The translations under genes and the position numbers were made by a program. A stretch of DNA of 64,000 nt from a bacterium (GTDB taxonomy: Bacteria; Patescibacteriota; Minisyncoccia; Portnoybacterales; UBA2143): positions 9,507 through 73,506 of the forward strand of contig JBDRFK010000010.1 in assembly GCA_043818835.1 (NCBI GenBank), given 5' to 3'. The notes under the pieces are model-generated. The model searched no databases and was not told the DNA's origin. It saw only the letters and a list, made by a program, of their open reading frames with translations. Position 1 is the stretch's first letter. Each line of letters begins with the position of its first letter. Shown one piece after another: positions 20,452-31,234 of the stretch.

Positions 20452-20708
20452 TAAATCCAAGTTTTATTCCTAAAATTAATTGTCGTTTCAAAATTAGAAA
20501 AGATATTGATTGTCATATTGGTTTTTTTCAAACAAAGGGAGTATTAACCTTCAATGACATCGGGGCTTTTATAGTTAATCAAATGATTGGCAATAAAAGT
20601 ATTCAGGAAATTGCAGATTCAATTTCATCAGAATATTCCGATATTGAGAATCCTCTTGAGGAAGTGGTGAATATAGTTTCTCAATTTCAAGACTCGGGAT
20701 TTCTGTGA
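20448..20708 (+). CDS. PqqD-family RiPP recognition element (peptide chaperone)
   Basis: 86 aa; LTFNDIGAFIVNQMIGNKSIQEIADSISSEY...EEVVNIVSQFQDSGFL fits the PqqD pattern. Start overlaps the rSAM stop (ATGA). Confidence 0.75.
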   Translation: MINPSFIPKINCRFKIRKDIDCHIGFFQTKGVLTFNDIGAFIVNQMIGNKSIQEIADSISSEYSDIENPLEEVVNIVSQFQDSGFL

Positions 20709-20715
20709 GTGCATG

Positions 20716-20761
20716 GCGACCAAGAAAGCAAAAAAACTTGCTCTTGGTCGCTTTTCGTTTT
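20716..20761. terminator. intrinsic terminator closing the precursor-rSAM-PqqD operon
   Basis: gcgaccaaga-N16-tcttggtcgc: perfect 10-bp stem followed by ttttcgtttt. Confidence 0.8.
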
Positions 20762-20774
20762 ATCATATATAAAT

Positions 20775-21377
20775 ATGAGTGTTAATTTTTTATCATCAAA
20801 AAAACAGGAATTAGAAAAACTTTTAGATATTTATGATGAATATCAATGGTTTATTGATAACGATTTTCCTATTTTTTTGCCTAAATTTTATAATAAATTG
20901 TATTTACAGACGAAAGACAATAAAAAGGAATTTAAAGAAAAATTAATTTTAGAGTTTAATAAGATTTATGATAAAAATATTTATCAAGAGAAAAAAGAAA
21001 TTGCCAAGAATCAATGGCAAAAGGTTGAAAAAGATTTTTTTAATGTTTTAATAAAACTTGGCTTGAAGCTTGAAAAAGATTATTTTTGCTATATTTCATT
21101 ATATGGACCAGAAGGACAATTCTATTATCCAGAGACAATTAATATTAGGATACTTATCGATAAAGATATTAAAGAGGTTGGTGTCACCATTGCTCATGAA
21201 ATAATTCATCTTGCGATATTTAATAAAGTTCAAAAATTAAAATTGAGCTATGATCAGATTGAGGAGATTGTAGATTTATTTTTTACAGAAACCAAACTCA
21301 AAAATATTTTTCCCGATTATAAGCTACAAAATATAGCTGTGCATGATAAAAAATTGCTTGAAGAGATATTAATTTAA
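20775..21377 (+). CDS. hypothetical protein with HExxH motif (putative zinc metallopeptidase)
   Basis: Start taken at MSVNFLSS, after the terminator. VTIAHEIIHLAIF motif. Confidence 0.5.
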   Translation: MSVNFLSSKKQELEKLLDIYDEYQWFIDNDFPIFLPKFYNKLYLQTKDNKKEFKEKLILEFNKIYDKNIYQEKKEIAKNQWQKVEKDFFNVLIKLGLKLEKDYFCYISLYGPEGQFYYPETINIRILIDKDIKEVGVTIAHEIIHLAIFNKVQKLKLSYDQIEEIVDLFFTETKLKNIFPDYKLQNIAVHDKKLLEEILI

Positions 21378-21435
21378 GTAATAAAAAAATATTTTTCTTG
21401 CAATTATAAGCGTTGCAATTTTTTTATTTAAATAT

Positions 21436-21864
21436 GTGATTAACAAAATTTTACAACAAAAAATATTAAAAATGGAAAAGGAAGACCAAGAATTGCGAGA
21501 GAAAGCTATAAAAGATAATCAAAATAAAAAATTAATTAAAGCTGTTTATGATTGCGATACCAGAAATATAAGAGAAGCTAAAAAGATAATAGAAAAATAT
21601 GGTTATCCGATTTTTAGTCTTGTGGGCAAAAAAGCGTCTTATGGTTTTTGGCGAATAATCCAACATGCCGACAGAGATGTTAAATTTCAAAAAAAATGTC
21701 TTAAATTGCTTGAAGAGGCAGTTGGTAAAAAAGAGGCATATAAAAAAAATTTAGAATTTTTGACAGATAGAATAATGATTATGGAAAAAGGAAAACAAAA
21801 ATACGGAACGCAATTTATGTATGATAAAAAAGGAAATTTGGTTAAATATCCTTTGATTAAATAA
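21436..21864 (+). CDS. hypothetical protein (conserved domain of unknown function)
   Basis: 142 aa, helical; no catalytic motif recognised. Confidence 0.5.
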   Translation: MINKILQQKILKMEKEDQELREKAIKDNQNKKLIKAVYDCDTRNIREAKKIIEKYGYPIFSLVGKKASYGFWRIIQHADRDVKFQKKCLKLLEEAVGKKEAYKKNLEFLTDRIMIMEKGKQKYGTQFMYDKKGNLVKYPLIK

Positions 21865-21867
21865 TTT

Positions 21868-22221
21868 ATGAATCAATCTATTGATCAATATCTAAAATCG
21901 GCTAAAAAAGAATTAGATGATTTTTTTGGTATTGATGTGGATTTGCCAGAAGTTTGTTTTATTAACTCTCGAAAACACTATGACGAGATGATGGGTTGGA
22001 AAACAGAAGAATATATGGTCGGACACGCCAAGGATGGCAAAATATATATTCTACATCCAGATATTTATGTTCAAGAATCAAGCCATAAAAGCATTGATAG
22101 CTTTTGGAAAGTATTAAAACATGAATATTGCCATATATATTTTAGAACTATAACAACTATAACAAAGATAGGGTATCCCAAATGGCTTAATGAGGGATTG
22201 GCTTCTTATCTTACAGGTTAA
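21868..22221 (+). CDS. peptidase MA-like (HExxH ... WLNEGLAxY) protein; in-frame TAA at 22219, frame stays open to 22470
   Basis: HEYCHIYF...PKWLNEGLASYL matches the Peptidase_MA_2 pattern. An 83-codon protein-like extension follows the TAA with no start or RBS of its own. Confidence 0.6.
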   Translation: MNQSIDQYLKSAKKELDDFFGIDVDLPEVCFINSRKHYDEMMGWKTEEYMVGHAKDGKIYILHPDIYVQESSHKSIDSFWKVLKHEYCHIYFRTITTITKIGYPKWLNEGLASYLTG

Positions 22222-22449
22222 GAAAAAGACGAACCAAAAGAAGAGGATAAATTTAAAATCTTTTACTATTTTCAAAAAAATGATTGGCAGACAGGGATAA
22301 TAGGGTATTATTGGGTTAAGTTATTGATAGATAAATTTGGCAAAGATAAATTATTGGGATTATTAAAATCTTTGCATCTCGATATTACAGAAGAAGAATT
22401 TTCGGAGAGTTTTAAGAATGTTTATAAAGTTGATTTTTCGGAGGAGGGG

Positions 22450-22818
22450 TTAAAAAAACTCCTTATTTAATTTTAGAAGATTCCCAAGGGCTGATATAAA
22501 ATTATAACTTTCTGCATATTTTATGAAATTTCTTTGTTCTTCAATAGTATTTAGAGCCTCGGCATATCGCTTAAAATTATCTATGCTTTTGCCCATATTT
22601 TGATTATCAATTGATTGACTAGTTAATTGGAATATTCTTTTTGATAATTGTTCTGCAACCGGCAGTGTTTGTTTTATCTTTTTAGTATGTAATAGCAGTC
22701 TCTTCCTTTCTTTTTTAGAAAATAGGAATATCAAAAAAACAATTGGCACTGTTCCTCCAATTACAGTAAAAAAAGAATAAATTAAAGGTACTATCATGTT
22801 GTTTAAAATAAATTGCAT
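22450..22818 (-). CDS. hypothetical small membrane protein
   Basis: N-terminal TM helix; no recognisable domain. Confidence 0.4.
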   Translation of the reverse strand: MQFILNNMIVPLIYSFFTVIGGTVPIVFLIFLFSKKERKRLLLHTKKIKQTLPVAEQLSKRIFQLTSQSIDNQNMGKSIDNFKRYAEALNTIEEQRNFIKYAESYNFISALGNLLKLNKEFF

Positions 22819-22878
22819 AACACCAATCTCAAAAAAAACACTATATTTAAATGTTCCTATAATAAAATAAACTAGTTG

Positions 22879-22952
22879 CGGGGCCGATGGGATTTGAACC
22901 CACGATCTTCTGCGTGACAGGCAGACGCATTAGGCCACTATGCTACGACCCC
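22879..22952 (-). tRNA. tRNA-Asp (GTC)
   Basis: Minus-strand cloverleaf GGGGUCGUAGCAUAGUGG...; anticodon loop CUGUCAC; T-loop GGUUCAAAUCC. Confidence 0.85.
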
Positions 22953-22971
22953 AATGATATTTAGTTTTCAG

Positions 22972-23046
22972 TAGCGGCGGAGGGACTCGAACCCCCGACC
23001 TGAAGTTTATGATTCTTCCGCTCTAAACCAACTGAGCTACGCCGCC
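22972..23046 (-). tRNA. tRNA-Met/Ile2 (CAT), elongator type
   Basis: GGCGGCGUAGCUCAGUUGG...; anticodon loop AUCAUAA; T-loop GGUUCGAGUCC. Confidence 0.75.
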
Positions 23047-23103
23047 ATAAAACTATTCCAAATCTTGATTTGGTAAACAACTAATGATATTTATAAAATA
23101 CTT

Positions 23104-23178
<75 letters not shown>

Positions 23179-23258
23179 ATAATATATTAGATTATATCAT
23201 AAACTGTCTTATATGCAAGGGGAATATTGGTATATATGAATGGTGAGATTAATTAAAT

Positions 23259-23366
23259 TGTCATTGCGAGCGAGGCAATCCCGTAAGATAAGTAACTATA
23301 CTACTATTTTACACATTTGCCACGAGATTGCCACGTCGCTCACTGTGTTTGCTCCTCGCAATGACA
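23259..23366. repeat. palindromic mini-element copy A (TGTCATTGCGAGCGAGG...CCTCGCAATGACA)
   Basis: 108-bp imperfect palindrome with 12-bp terminal inverted repeats, next to the tRNA cluster. Confidence 0.8.
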
Positions 23367-23441
23367 AGACAAAGTTAATTTTGTTATTCACGGTTTAGCA
23401 ACTTGTTATTGGCAATAAAATATAGTAAAATATAAACAGAT

Positions 23442-23819
23442 ATGAAGATGTCCGCTTTTTTAATTGGTGTAATATTAACAACATTATTAGCGCTGGTAGC
23501 GTTGATGGGTATTTTGGTATATTTAGAGCCATTAGCCTCGGATGTTTTGATAATGTCTTTATTCTATTTAAGTCTATTTGTCAGCGCTTCTGGGCTGTTA
23601 TCTTTAGTGGGTATTATTGTTCGGCGTATTTCTCGCAAGTCACGAACGACATTGTCTATCAATTGTCAATTATGGGATTCATTTCGTCAAGGTGTTTTTT
23701 TGGCTGTGATTTTGATTGGTTCTTTATTGATGCAAAGTAATGGTTTGGCTTGTTGGTGGAGTTTGTTAGTTTTGGTTGGCATGGTTGGTTTATTGGAATT
23801 TATATTTTTAAGAAGATAA
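23442..23819 (+). CDS. hypothetical polytopic membrane protein
   Basis: 125 aa with 4 predicted TM helices. Confidence 0.5.
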   Translation: MKMSAFLIGVILTTLLALVALMGILVYLEPLASDVLIMSLFYLSLFVSASGLLSLVGIIVRRISRKSRTTLSINCQLWDSFRQGVFLAVILIGSLLMQSNGLACWWSLLVLVGMVGLLEFIFLRR

Positions 23820-23821
23820 TT

Positions 23822-24799
23822 ATGCTGAAAGATATTAAGCAAAATTTCATAAGCGATTTTAAAAAGGCTAAAGATTTAGTCGGTCTTGACGATCTTTATA
23901 ACAAATACCTTGGACGAAAAGGAGAGTTAACTGATTTTTTAAAGTCATTGAAAGATTTATCAAAAGACAAGCGGGCGAAACAAGGTCAAGAAGCAAATTT
24001 GTTAAAAAAAGAAATAGAACAACAGATTGAAGATAAAAAAAACGAATTAGTAACTTCAGGACATAAATCACAAAAAAAAGATTGGATTGATGTGACTGTT
24101 CCTGGTGTCTTGCCTGTGCAAGGCCATTTGCATCCGATTACATTGGTACAACGGCAGATAGAGGATATTTTCAGTTCTATGGGATTTGAAATAGCGTATG
24201 GTCCGGAAGTAGAAAGCGAACATTATAATTTTGATGCCTTAAATATTCCAAAAGACCATCCAGCACGCGATATGTGGGATACTTTTTGGTTGAAGGATAT
24301 TCCAATGCTTTTGAGGACTCATACATCACCGGTACAAGCGCGTTATATGGAAAAGAATAATCCGCCTTTACGAATTATTGTCCCTGGAAAAGTTTTTCGT
24401 CACGAAGCAACAGATGCTTCTCATGATGCTCAGTTTTATCAAGCGGAAGGGTTAATGGTTGGCAAAGAAGTCTCGGTGGCAAATTTCCGAGCAATTATTG
24501 AAGAATTTTTAAGAAGATTTTTTGGAGAGGAAGCGATAATTAGATTACGTCCAAGTTATTTTCCATTTACCGAGCCGAGTTTTGAAATTGATGTTAAACG
24601 TCCAAAAGGTGATTGGTTAGAAATTATGGGCGCGGGCATGGTTCATCCTAATGTTTTTAAGGCGGTTGGCTATGATCAAAAAAAATGGAAGGGTTTTGCT
24701 TTCGGTGTTGGTTTGGATAGGCTAGCAATGTTAAAATACAAGATAGATGATATTCGTTTATTTCATTCAGGGGATTTAAGATTTATAGATCAGTTTTAA
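23822..24799 (+). CDS. pheS: phenylalanyl-tRNA synthetase alpha subunit
   Basis: Class II motifs (FRHEATDASHDAQFYQAEG, GAGMVHPNV). Start taken at MLKDIKQ. Confidence 0.9.
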   Translation: MLKDIKQNFISDFKKAKDLVGLDDLYNKYLGRKGELTDFLKSLKDLSKDKRAKQGQEANLLKKEIEQQIEDKKNELVTSGHKSQKKDWIDVTVPGVLPVQGHLHPITLVQRQIEDIFSSMGFEIAYGPEVESEHYNFDALNIPKDHPARDMWDTFWLKDIPMLLRTHTSPVQARYMEKNNPPLRIIVPGKVFRHEATDASHDAQFYQAEGLMVGKEVSVANFRAIIEEFLRRFFGEEAIIRLRPSYFPFTEPSFEIDVKRPKGDWLEIMGAGMVHPNVFKAVGYDQKKWKGFAFGVGLDRLAMLKYKIDDIRLFHSGDLRFIDQF

Positions 24800-24802
24800 A
24801 AT

Positions 24803-26869
24803 ATGAAAATATCATATAATTGGTTACAAGATTTAATAGAAGAAAAATTACCTAATTCAGAAAAACTGGCTGATTTGTTGTCTATACGTTCTTTTGAAAT
24901 TGAATTAGCTGAAAAGAAAGACAAAGATTATATTCTCGATGTTGATGTGTTGCCAAATCGCGCTCATGATTGTTTTAGTCATCAAGGTATTGCGCGAGAA
25001 GTGGCGGCGATTTTGAAATTAAATTTGAAGACAACAGATTATTCTAAAATAATCAAAAACAAAGATGGACTAGTTAAAAATATTTTGAATGTTGAAATTA
25101 AGAATAAGGATTTATGCCGTCGTTATACAGCATGCGTATTAAATAATGTCAAAATTGAACCATCATCAAAATTAATACAGAGTCGTCTAATTGCTTGTGG
25201 CCTAAAGCCAATTAATAATATTGTTGATATTACTAATTATGTAATGTTGGAAACGGGACAGCCGATGCATGCTTTTGATGCAGATAAAATATCAGAAAAT
25301 AGGTTGGGACAAAAAAATATTGTTGTTCGCAGGGCTCAAAAAGGTGAAAAAATTAAAACTTTGGATGGTAGTGAATATGATTTAGACGATAATATTCTAT
25401 TGATTGCTGATATTAAAAATCCTCTTTGTATTGCTGGAATTAAAGGAGGAACAGTCTCCGAGATTAACAACAATACTAAAAATATAATTTTGGAAGCGGC
25501 TAATTTTGAGCCAACATTTACGAGGCGCGCTTCTCAAAAATTAAAATTGCGTACAGATGCATCATTACGATTTGAACACGATCTTGATCCAAATTTAACA
25601 AAAGAGGCGATTGATATGGCTGTTTATTTAATTGACGATTTAGCTGGTGGAAGTGTTGTCGGCGATATATTTGATGTTTATCCAAAAAAAGTATTGCCAA
25701 AAAAGATTGTTTTGAATTTGAATGATGTTAATTCTTTATTAGGTGTAACTATTTCTATTAAACAGGTATCTGATATTTTGAAGCGATTAGGTTTTAAGTT
25801 CCAAGTTTTAAGTTCCAAGTTTCAAGTTGAGGTTCCGACCAAGAGAATTGATGTTTCTATTCCAGAAGATTTGATTGAAGAAATCGGACGTATTTATGGG
25901 TATGAAAATATTTCCAGTCAATTTCCGAATGCAGCTTTAATACCGCCAACGACCAATGAAGATGTTGTTTATCAAAATAAGATTAGAAATATTTTGATTG
26001 GGTTTGGATTTGACGAAGTGTACAATTATTCTTTTGTTAGTGACGATGCTCTAAAAATGTATAGGAAAAAAATAAACGCAATTGAGGTGGCTAATCCAAT
26101 TAGTCAGGAACAAAAATACTTGCGTCCAAATTTAATCACAAATTTAATCAGGAACATTAAAGATAATGAAAAATATTTTAATGAAATAAAGATTTTTGAA
26201 TTAGGTAGGGTTTTTTGTGGTAATAAATTAAACGTTAAAGAGACTAAGAAAATTGGTGCGGTGATGGTATTGAATAATAAGAAGAATGAGGCGAATAATT
26301 TTTATGAATTAAAGGGTGTTTTGGATTCTTTGTTTAATAAGTTGCGTATTACAGATCAGTGGTATGACGATGTTTTTTCGGATGATATTTTGGTGTCTGA
26401 TTTGTATCATAATGCGCGACGGGCGGAGGTTAAAGTAGGTGATGAATGTTTAGGATGGATTGGTGAGATTAACAATTTGGTTTTATCAAAATTAGGAATA
26501 AAATCTAAAGTAGTTGGTTTTGAATTGTTTTTTGATAAAGTTGCGGAATTGGCAACAGAGGAAAGAATCTATTTGCCACCTTCAAAATATCCTGCTATGG
26601 TAAGAGATATCGCCGTATTGGTAGAGAGAGGAACAAAAGTTGAAGATGTGCTTAATTTGATAAATGTGGTGGGTAGCAGTTTGGTAGTAGATGTAGATTT
26701 GTTTGATATTTACGAGGATGAGCAATCTGGAGATGGGCGTAAAAGTATTGCTTTTCATATAATTTATCAGTCAGATGAGCATAATTTAACAGATAAAGAG
26801 GTTAACGAAGTGCAGAAAAAAATTGTTAAAGTTTTAGAAGACGAAGGCGGTTGGGATGTTCGGAAATAG
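24803..26869 (+). CDS. pheT: phenylalanyl-tRNA synthetase beta subunit
   Basis: 688 aa; B3/4 and B5 domains. Contains an in-frame heptamer array at 25795-25830 (KFQVLSSKFQV). Confidence 0.9.
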   Translation: MKISYNWLQDLIEEKLPNSEKLADLLSIRSFEIELAEKKDKDYILDVDVLPNRAHDCFSHQGIAREVAAILKLNLKTTDYSKIIKNKDGLVKNILNVEIKNKDLCRRYTACVLNNVKIEPSSKLIQSRLIACGLKPINNIVDITNYVMLETGQPMHAFDADKISENRLGQKNIVVRRAQKGEKIKTLDGSEYDLDDNILLIADIKNPLCIAGIKGGTVSEINNNTKNIILEAANFEPTFTRRASQKLKLRTDASLRFEHDLDPNLTKEAIDMAVYLIDDLAGGSVVGDIFDVYPKKVLPKKIVLNLNDVNSLLGVTISIKQVSDILKRLGFKFQVLSSKFQVEVPTKRIDVSIPEDLIEEIGRIYGYENISSQFPNAALIPPTTNEDVVYQNKIRNILIGFGFDEVYNYSFVSDDALKMYRKKINAIEVANPISQEQKYLRPNLITNLIRNIKDNEKYFNEIKIFELGRVFCGNKLNVKETKKIGAVMVLNNKKNEANNFYELKGVLDSLFNKLRITDQWYDDVFSDDILVSDLYHNARRAEVKVGDECLGWIGEINNLVLSKLGIKSKVVGFELFFDKVAELATEERIYLPPSKYPAMVRDIAVLVERGTKVEDVLNLINVVGSSLVVDVDLFDIYEDEQSGDGRKSIAFHIIYQSDEHNLTDKEVNEVQKKIVKVLEDEGGWDVRK

Positions 26870-26887
26870 GTTATTAGTGTATTTTTA

Positions 26888-28863
<1,976 letters not shown>

Positions 28864-28916
28864 ATAGAGCCTATTGACAGTTATAGTTAAAATGAGATAG
28901 TATTTAAGCAGAAATT

Positions 28917-28950
28917 AAAGCCCTGCGGGGCTTTTAAAAAACTTTTATTT
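28917..28950. terminator. intrinsic terminator after gyrB
   Basis: aaagccc-tgcg-gggcttttaaaaaactttt. Confidence 0.6.
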
Positions 28951-28971
28951 TTCGCCGAGAGGCTAAAAACT

Positions 28972-29187
28972 TTGATTTTTAATATGAAAGTTAAAATTAG
29001 TCAATTACCTAAAAAAGCAGTAGAATTTATTAGAGAGGTTTATGTCGAGTTAAAGAAAGTTACTTGGCTGACCAGAAAAGAAACGATTAAATACACTTTG
29101 ATTGTCATTGGTGTTAGTTTAGTTTTAGCTATGTTTTTAGGCGGTTGGGATTTCTTCTTTTCTTGGTTATTAGGAAAAATGATATAA
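28972..29187 (+). CDS. secE: preprotein translocase subunit SecE
   Basis: 71 aa with a single C-terminal TM helix; conserved position before nusG. Confidence 0.8.
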   Translation: MIFNMKVKISQLPKKAVEFIREVYVELKKVTWLTRKETIKYTLIVIGVSLVLAMFLGGWDFFFSWLLGKMI

Positions 29188-29311
29188 ATGTTAAAATTGT
29201 TCAATTTGTTAGAATGATTAAATTTTTTTGCTTGATAATCTTGATAACATTTTAACAGCTTGAACAAATCTAACAAAGCGAACATAGTGAGCGATATAAC
29301 AAATAACACTT

Positions 29312-29854
29312 ATGCCAAAACAAGTTCAACAAGGAAAAAATTGGTACGTCTTGCATACATATGCTGGTTATGAAGAAGCGGTGGCGCGTAATTTGCGTCA
29401 ACGTATTGAGTCTATGGGAATGGAAGATAAGATTTTTAATGTATTAGTGCCAACCGAAAAAAAGATTAAAATTAAGGGTGGAAAACGTCATGTGGTTGAG
29501 GAAAAGGTTTATCCGGGCTATGTATTAGTAGAAATGATTGTAACGGATGATTCTTGGTATGTAGTGCGAAATACCCCACGTGTAACTGGTTTTATTGGCG
29601 CAGGTACTGTGCCAACACCAATCTCTAAGGAAGAAATTGAATCTTTGCAAAAACGAATGGGTGTTGAAGAACCAAAATACAAAATTGATGTTAAGGTTGG
29701 CGACGCAGTCAAAATTGTTGATGGACCATTTAAAGACTTTGACGGTAAAATAGCTGAAATTGATGAGAAGAGAGGAAAGATTAAAGTTTTGGTCTCTATG
29801 TTCGGACGCGAAACTCCAGTTGAGTTAGACTTTTTGCAAATTAAGAAGTTGTAA
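29312..29854 (+). CDS. nusG: transcription antiterminator NusG
   Basis: NGN domain (WYVLHTYAGYE) plus C-terminal KOW (GDAVKIVDGPFKDFDGKI). Confidence 0.95.
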   Translation: MPKQVQQGKNWYVLHTYAGYEEAVARNLRQRIESMGMEDKIFNVLVPTEKKIKIKGGKRHVVEEKVYPGYVLVEMIVTDDSWYVVRNTPRVTGFIGAGTVPTPISKEEIESLQKRMGVEEPKYKIDVKVGDAVKIVDGPFKDFDGKIAEIDEKRGKIKVLVSMFGRETPVELDFLQIKKL

Positions 29855-29862
29855 TATTTACT

Positions 29863-29946
29863 GTCATTGTGAGCGAGCAAAGCGAGCGTGGCAATCTCGT
29901 GTTTTACTGCGAGATTCTTCAGTCGCTTTACTTCTTCAGAATGACA
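29863..29946. repeat. palindromic mini-element copy C (TGTCATTGTGAGCGAGC...CTTCAGAATGACA)
   Basis: 84 bp filling the whole nusG-rplK spacer. Confidence 0.8.
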
Positions 29947-29953
29947 ATACATT

Positions 29954-30379
29954 ATGGCAAAGACAATAAAAACAATTATAAAATTACAGATTAAGGCGGG
30001 ACAGGCAACACCAACGCCTCCTATTGGTCCTGCTTTGGGTCAACATGGTTTGAATATTGGGGACTTTTGTTCCAAATTTAATAATGCGACAAAGGATATA
30101 CAAGGTGATGTTGTTCCCGTTGAAATTACTGTTTACGAGGATAGAACATTTGATTTTAAGTTAAAAACACCGCCTGCTGCAGAATTATTAAAAAGGGCGG
30201 CTGGAATTACCAAGGGTTCTGGTGAATCACAAAAAATTAAGGTTGGAAAGGTGACCAAGGCGCAGATTAAAGAAATTGCTGAAAAGAAAATGGTTGACCT
30301 GAATGCTTACGATGTTAATCAAGCAACTAAGATTATTGAAGGAACTGCCCGTAATATGGGCATTGAAGTACAAGGTTAA
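29954..30379 (+). CDS. rplK: 50S ribosomal protein L11
   Basis: [18 protein letters not shown] is the canonical L11 N-domain. No rplA follows. Confidence 0.95.
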   Translation: MAKTIKTIIKLQIKAGQATPTPPIGPALGQHGLNIGDFCSKFNNATKDIQGDVVPVEITVYEDRTFDFKLKTPPAAELLKRAAGITKGSGESQKIKVGKVTKAQIKEIAEKKMVDLNAYDVNQATKIIEGTARNMGIEVQG

Positions 30380-30406
30380 AACATTTAAGAATGGGGGAGG
30401 TAAGGA

Positions 30407-30562
30407 ATGATTTATAATCTTTGTATTAAAAAGTTTTGGAATAATCTAGTTAAAAAATTATCTGGAAGAGGGTGCAAGTATGGAATTCCTTTAAGTTCTA
30501 ATTACTTGGGGAAAATGAAAAATCCGAAGAGTATTGCAAAATTTAGTCGGAGGGGTAGGTGA
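30407..30562 (+). CDS. possible small basic protein (51 aa) in the rplK-downstream spacer
   Basis: Strong SD (gggggaggtaagg-N1-ATG); pI very basic; no homology recognised. Confidence 0.25.
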   Translation: MIYNLCIKKFWNNLVKKLSGRGCKYGIPLSSNYLGKMKNPKSIAKFSRRGR

Positions 30563-30613
30563 AAACCTGTCCCTTTTTAGTTCTTTGACAATCAAAACAA
30601 AAGGAATGTATGT

Positions 30614-31234
30614 ATGAGTGATAAGAAAATGCATGATATTTTTGGTCCGGGATCAAATCTTGAGGGTCGTGTTTTCAATAATTACGATGAGTTGTTTAAA
30701 ATAGTTGATCATTGTAAGGGTATAGGGTTAAAAATTGTTTTAACTTCTGGAACCTATGATTTGCTTCATATTGGTCATAGCCGTTATCTTGAAGAAGCAA
30801 AAAAACACGGTGATGTTTTAATTATTGGAGTCGATAGTGATGATAAGGTACAATCTCGAAAAGGACCTCATCGACCAATTGTGGGCGAAAAAGAAAGGTT
30901 GGAAATTTTATGCCATTGTCGACATGTTGATTTAGTTTTTTTAAAGGATAAAGATGTTAAACGATGGCATCTCATTGAAACAGTGAGACCAGATGTTCTA
31001 ATTGTTACGGATCGTGTGTATACGGAAGAAGACTTAAACAGCTTGAGAGAATTAGACTATTGTGGAAATATTATTATGCTTAAATCGCAAGCAACCACCT
31101 CAACAACTGCTCGTATTCGAGCTATATTAGTTGATCCAGCTGAAAAGATAAAGAGCAAATTAAAAGATGTTATTGCTGAGGTTTGTAGTTTTTTGGATAC
31201 TTTAACAGGTCGTGACGAAGGAGATAATAATTGA
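30614..31234 (+). CDS. cytidylyltransferase-family nucleotidyltransferase (HldE/RfaE domain II-like, heptose-1-P adenylyltransferase type)
   Basis: TSGTYDLLHIGHSRYLEEAKKHGDVLIIGVDSD (HxGH motif) and C-terminal STTARIRAI. Confidence 0.75.
   Translation: MSDKKMHDIFGPGSNLEGRVFNNYDELFKIVDHCKGIGLKIVLTSGTYDLLHIGHSRYLEEAKKHGDVLIIGVDSDDKVQSRKGPHRPIVGEKERLEILCHCRHVDLVFLKDKDVKRWHLIETVRPDVLIVTDRVYTEEDLNSLRELDYCGNIIMLKSQATTSTTARIRAILVDPAEKIKSKLKDVIAEVCSFLDTLTGRDEGDNN

Noticed and set aside
19238-20708. Could the small ORF + rSAM/SPASM + PqqD be a PQQ biosynthesis locus (pqqA, pqqD, pqqE)?
   Set aside because: The peptide lacks the conserved PqqA Glu-x3-Tyr core and is Cys-rich instead. No pqqB or pqqC is present. 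A generic RiPP assignment is more consistent.
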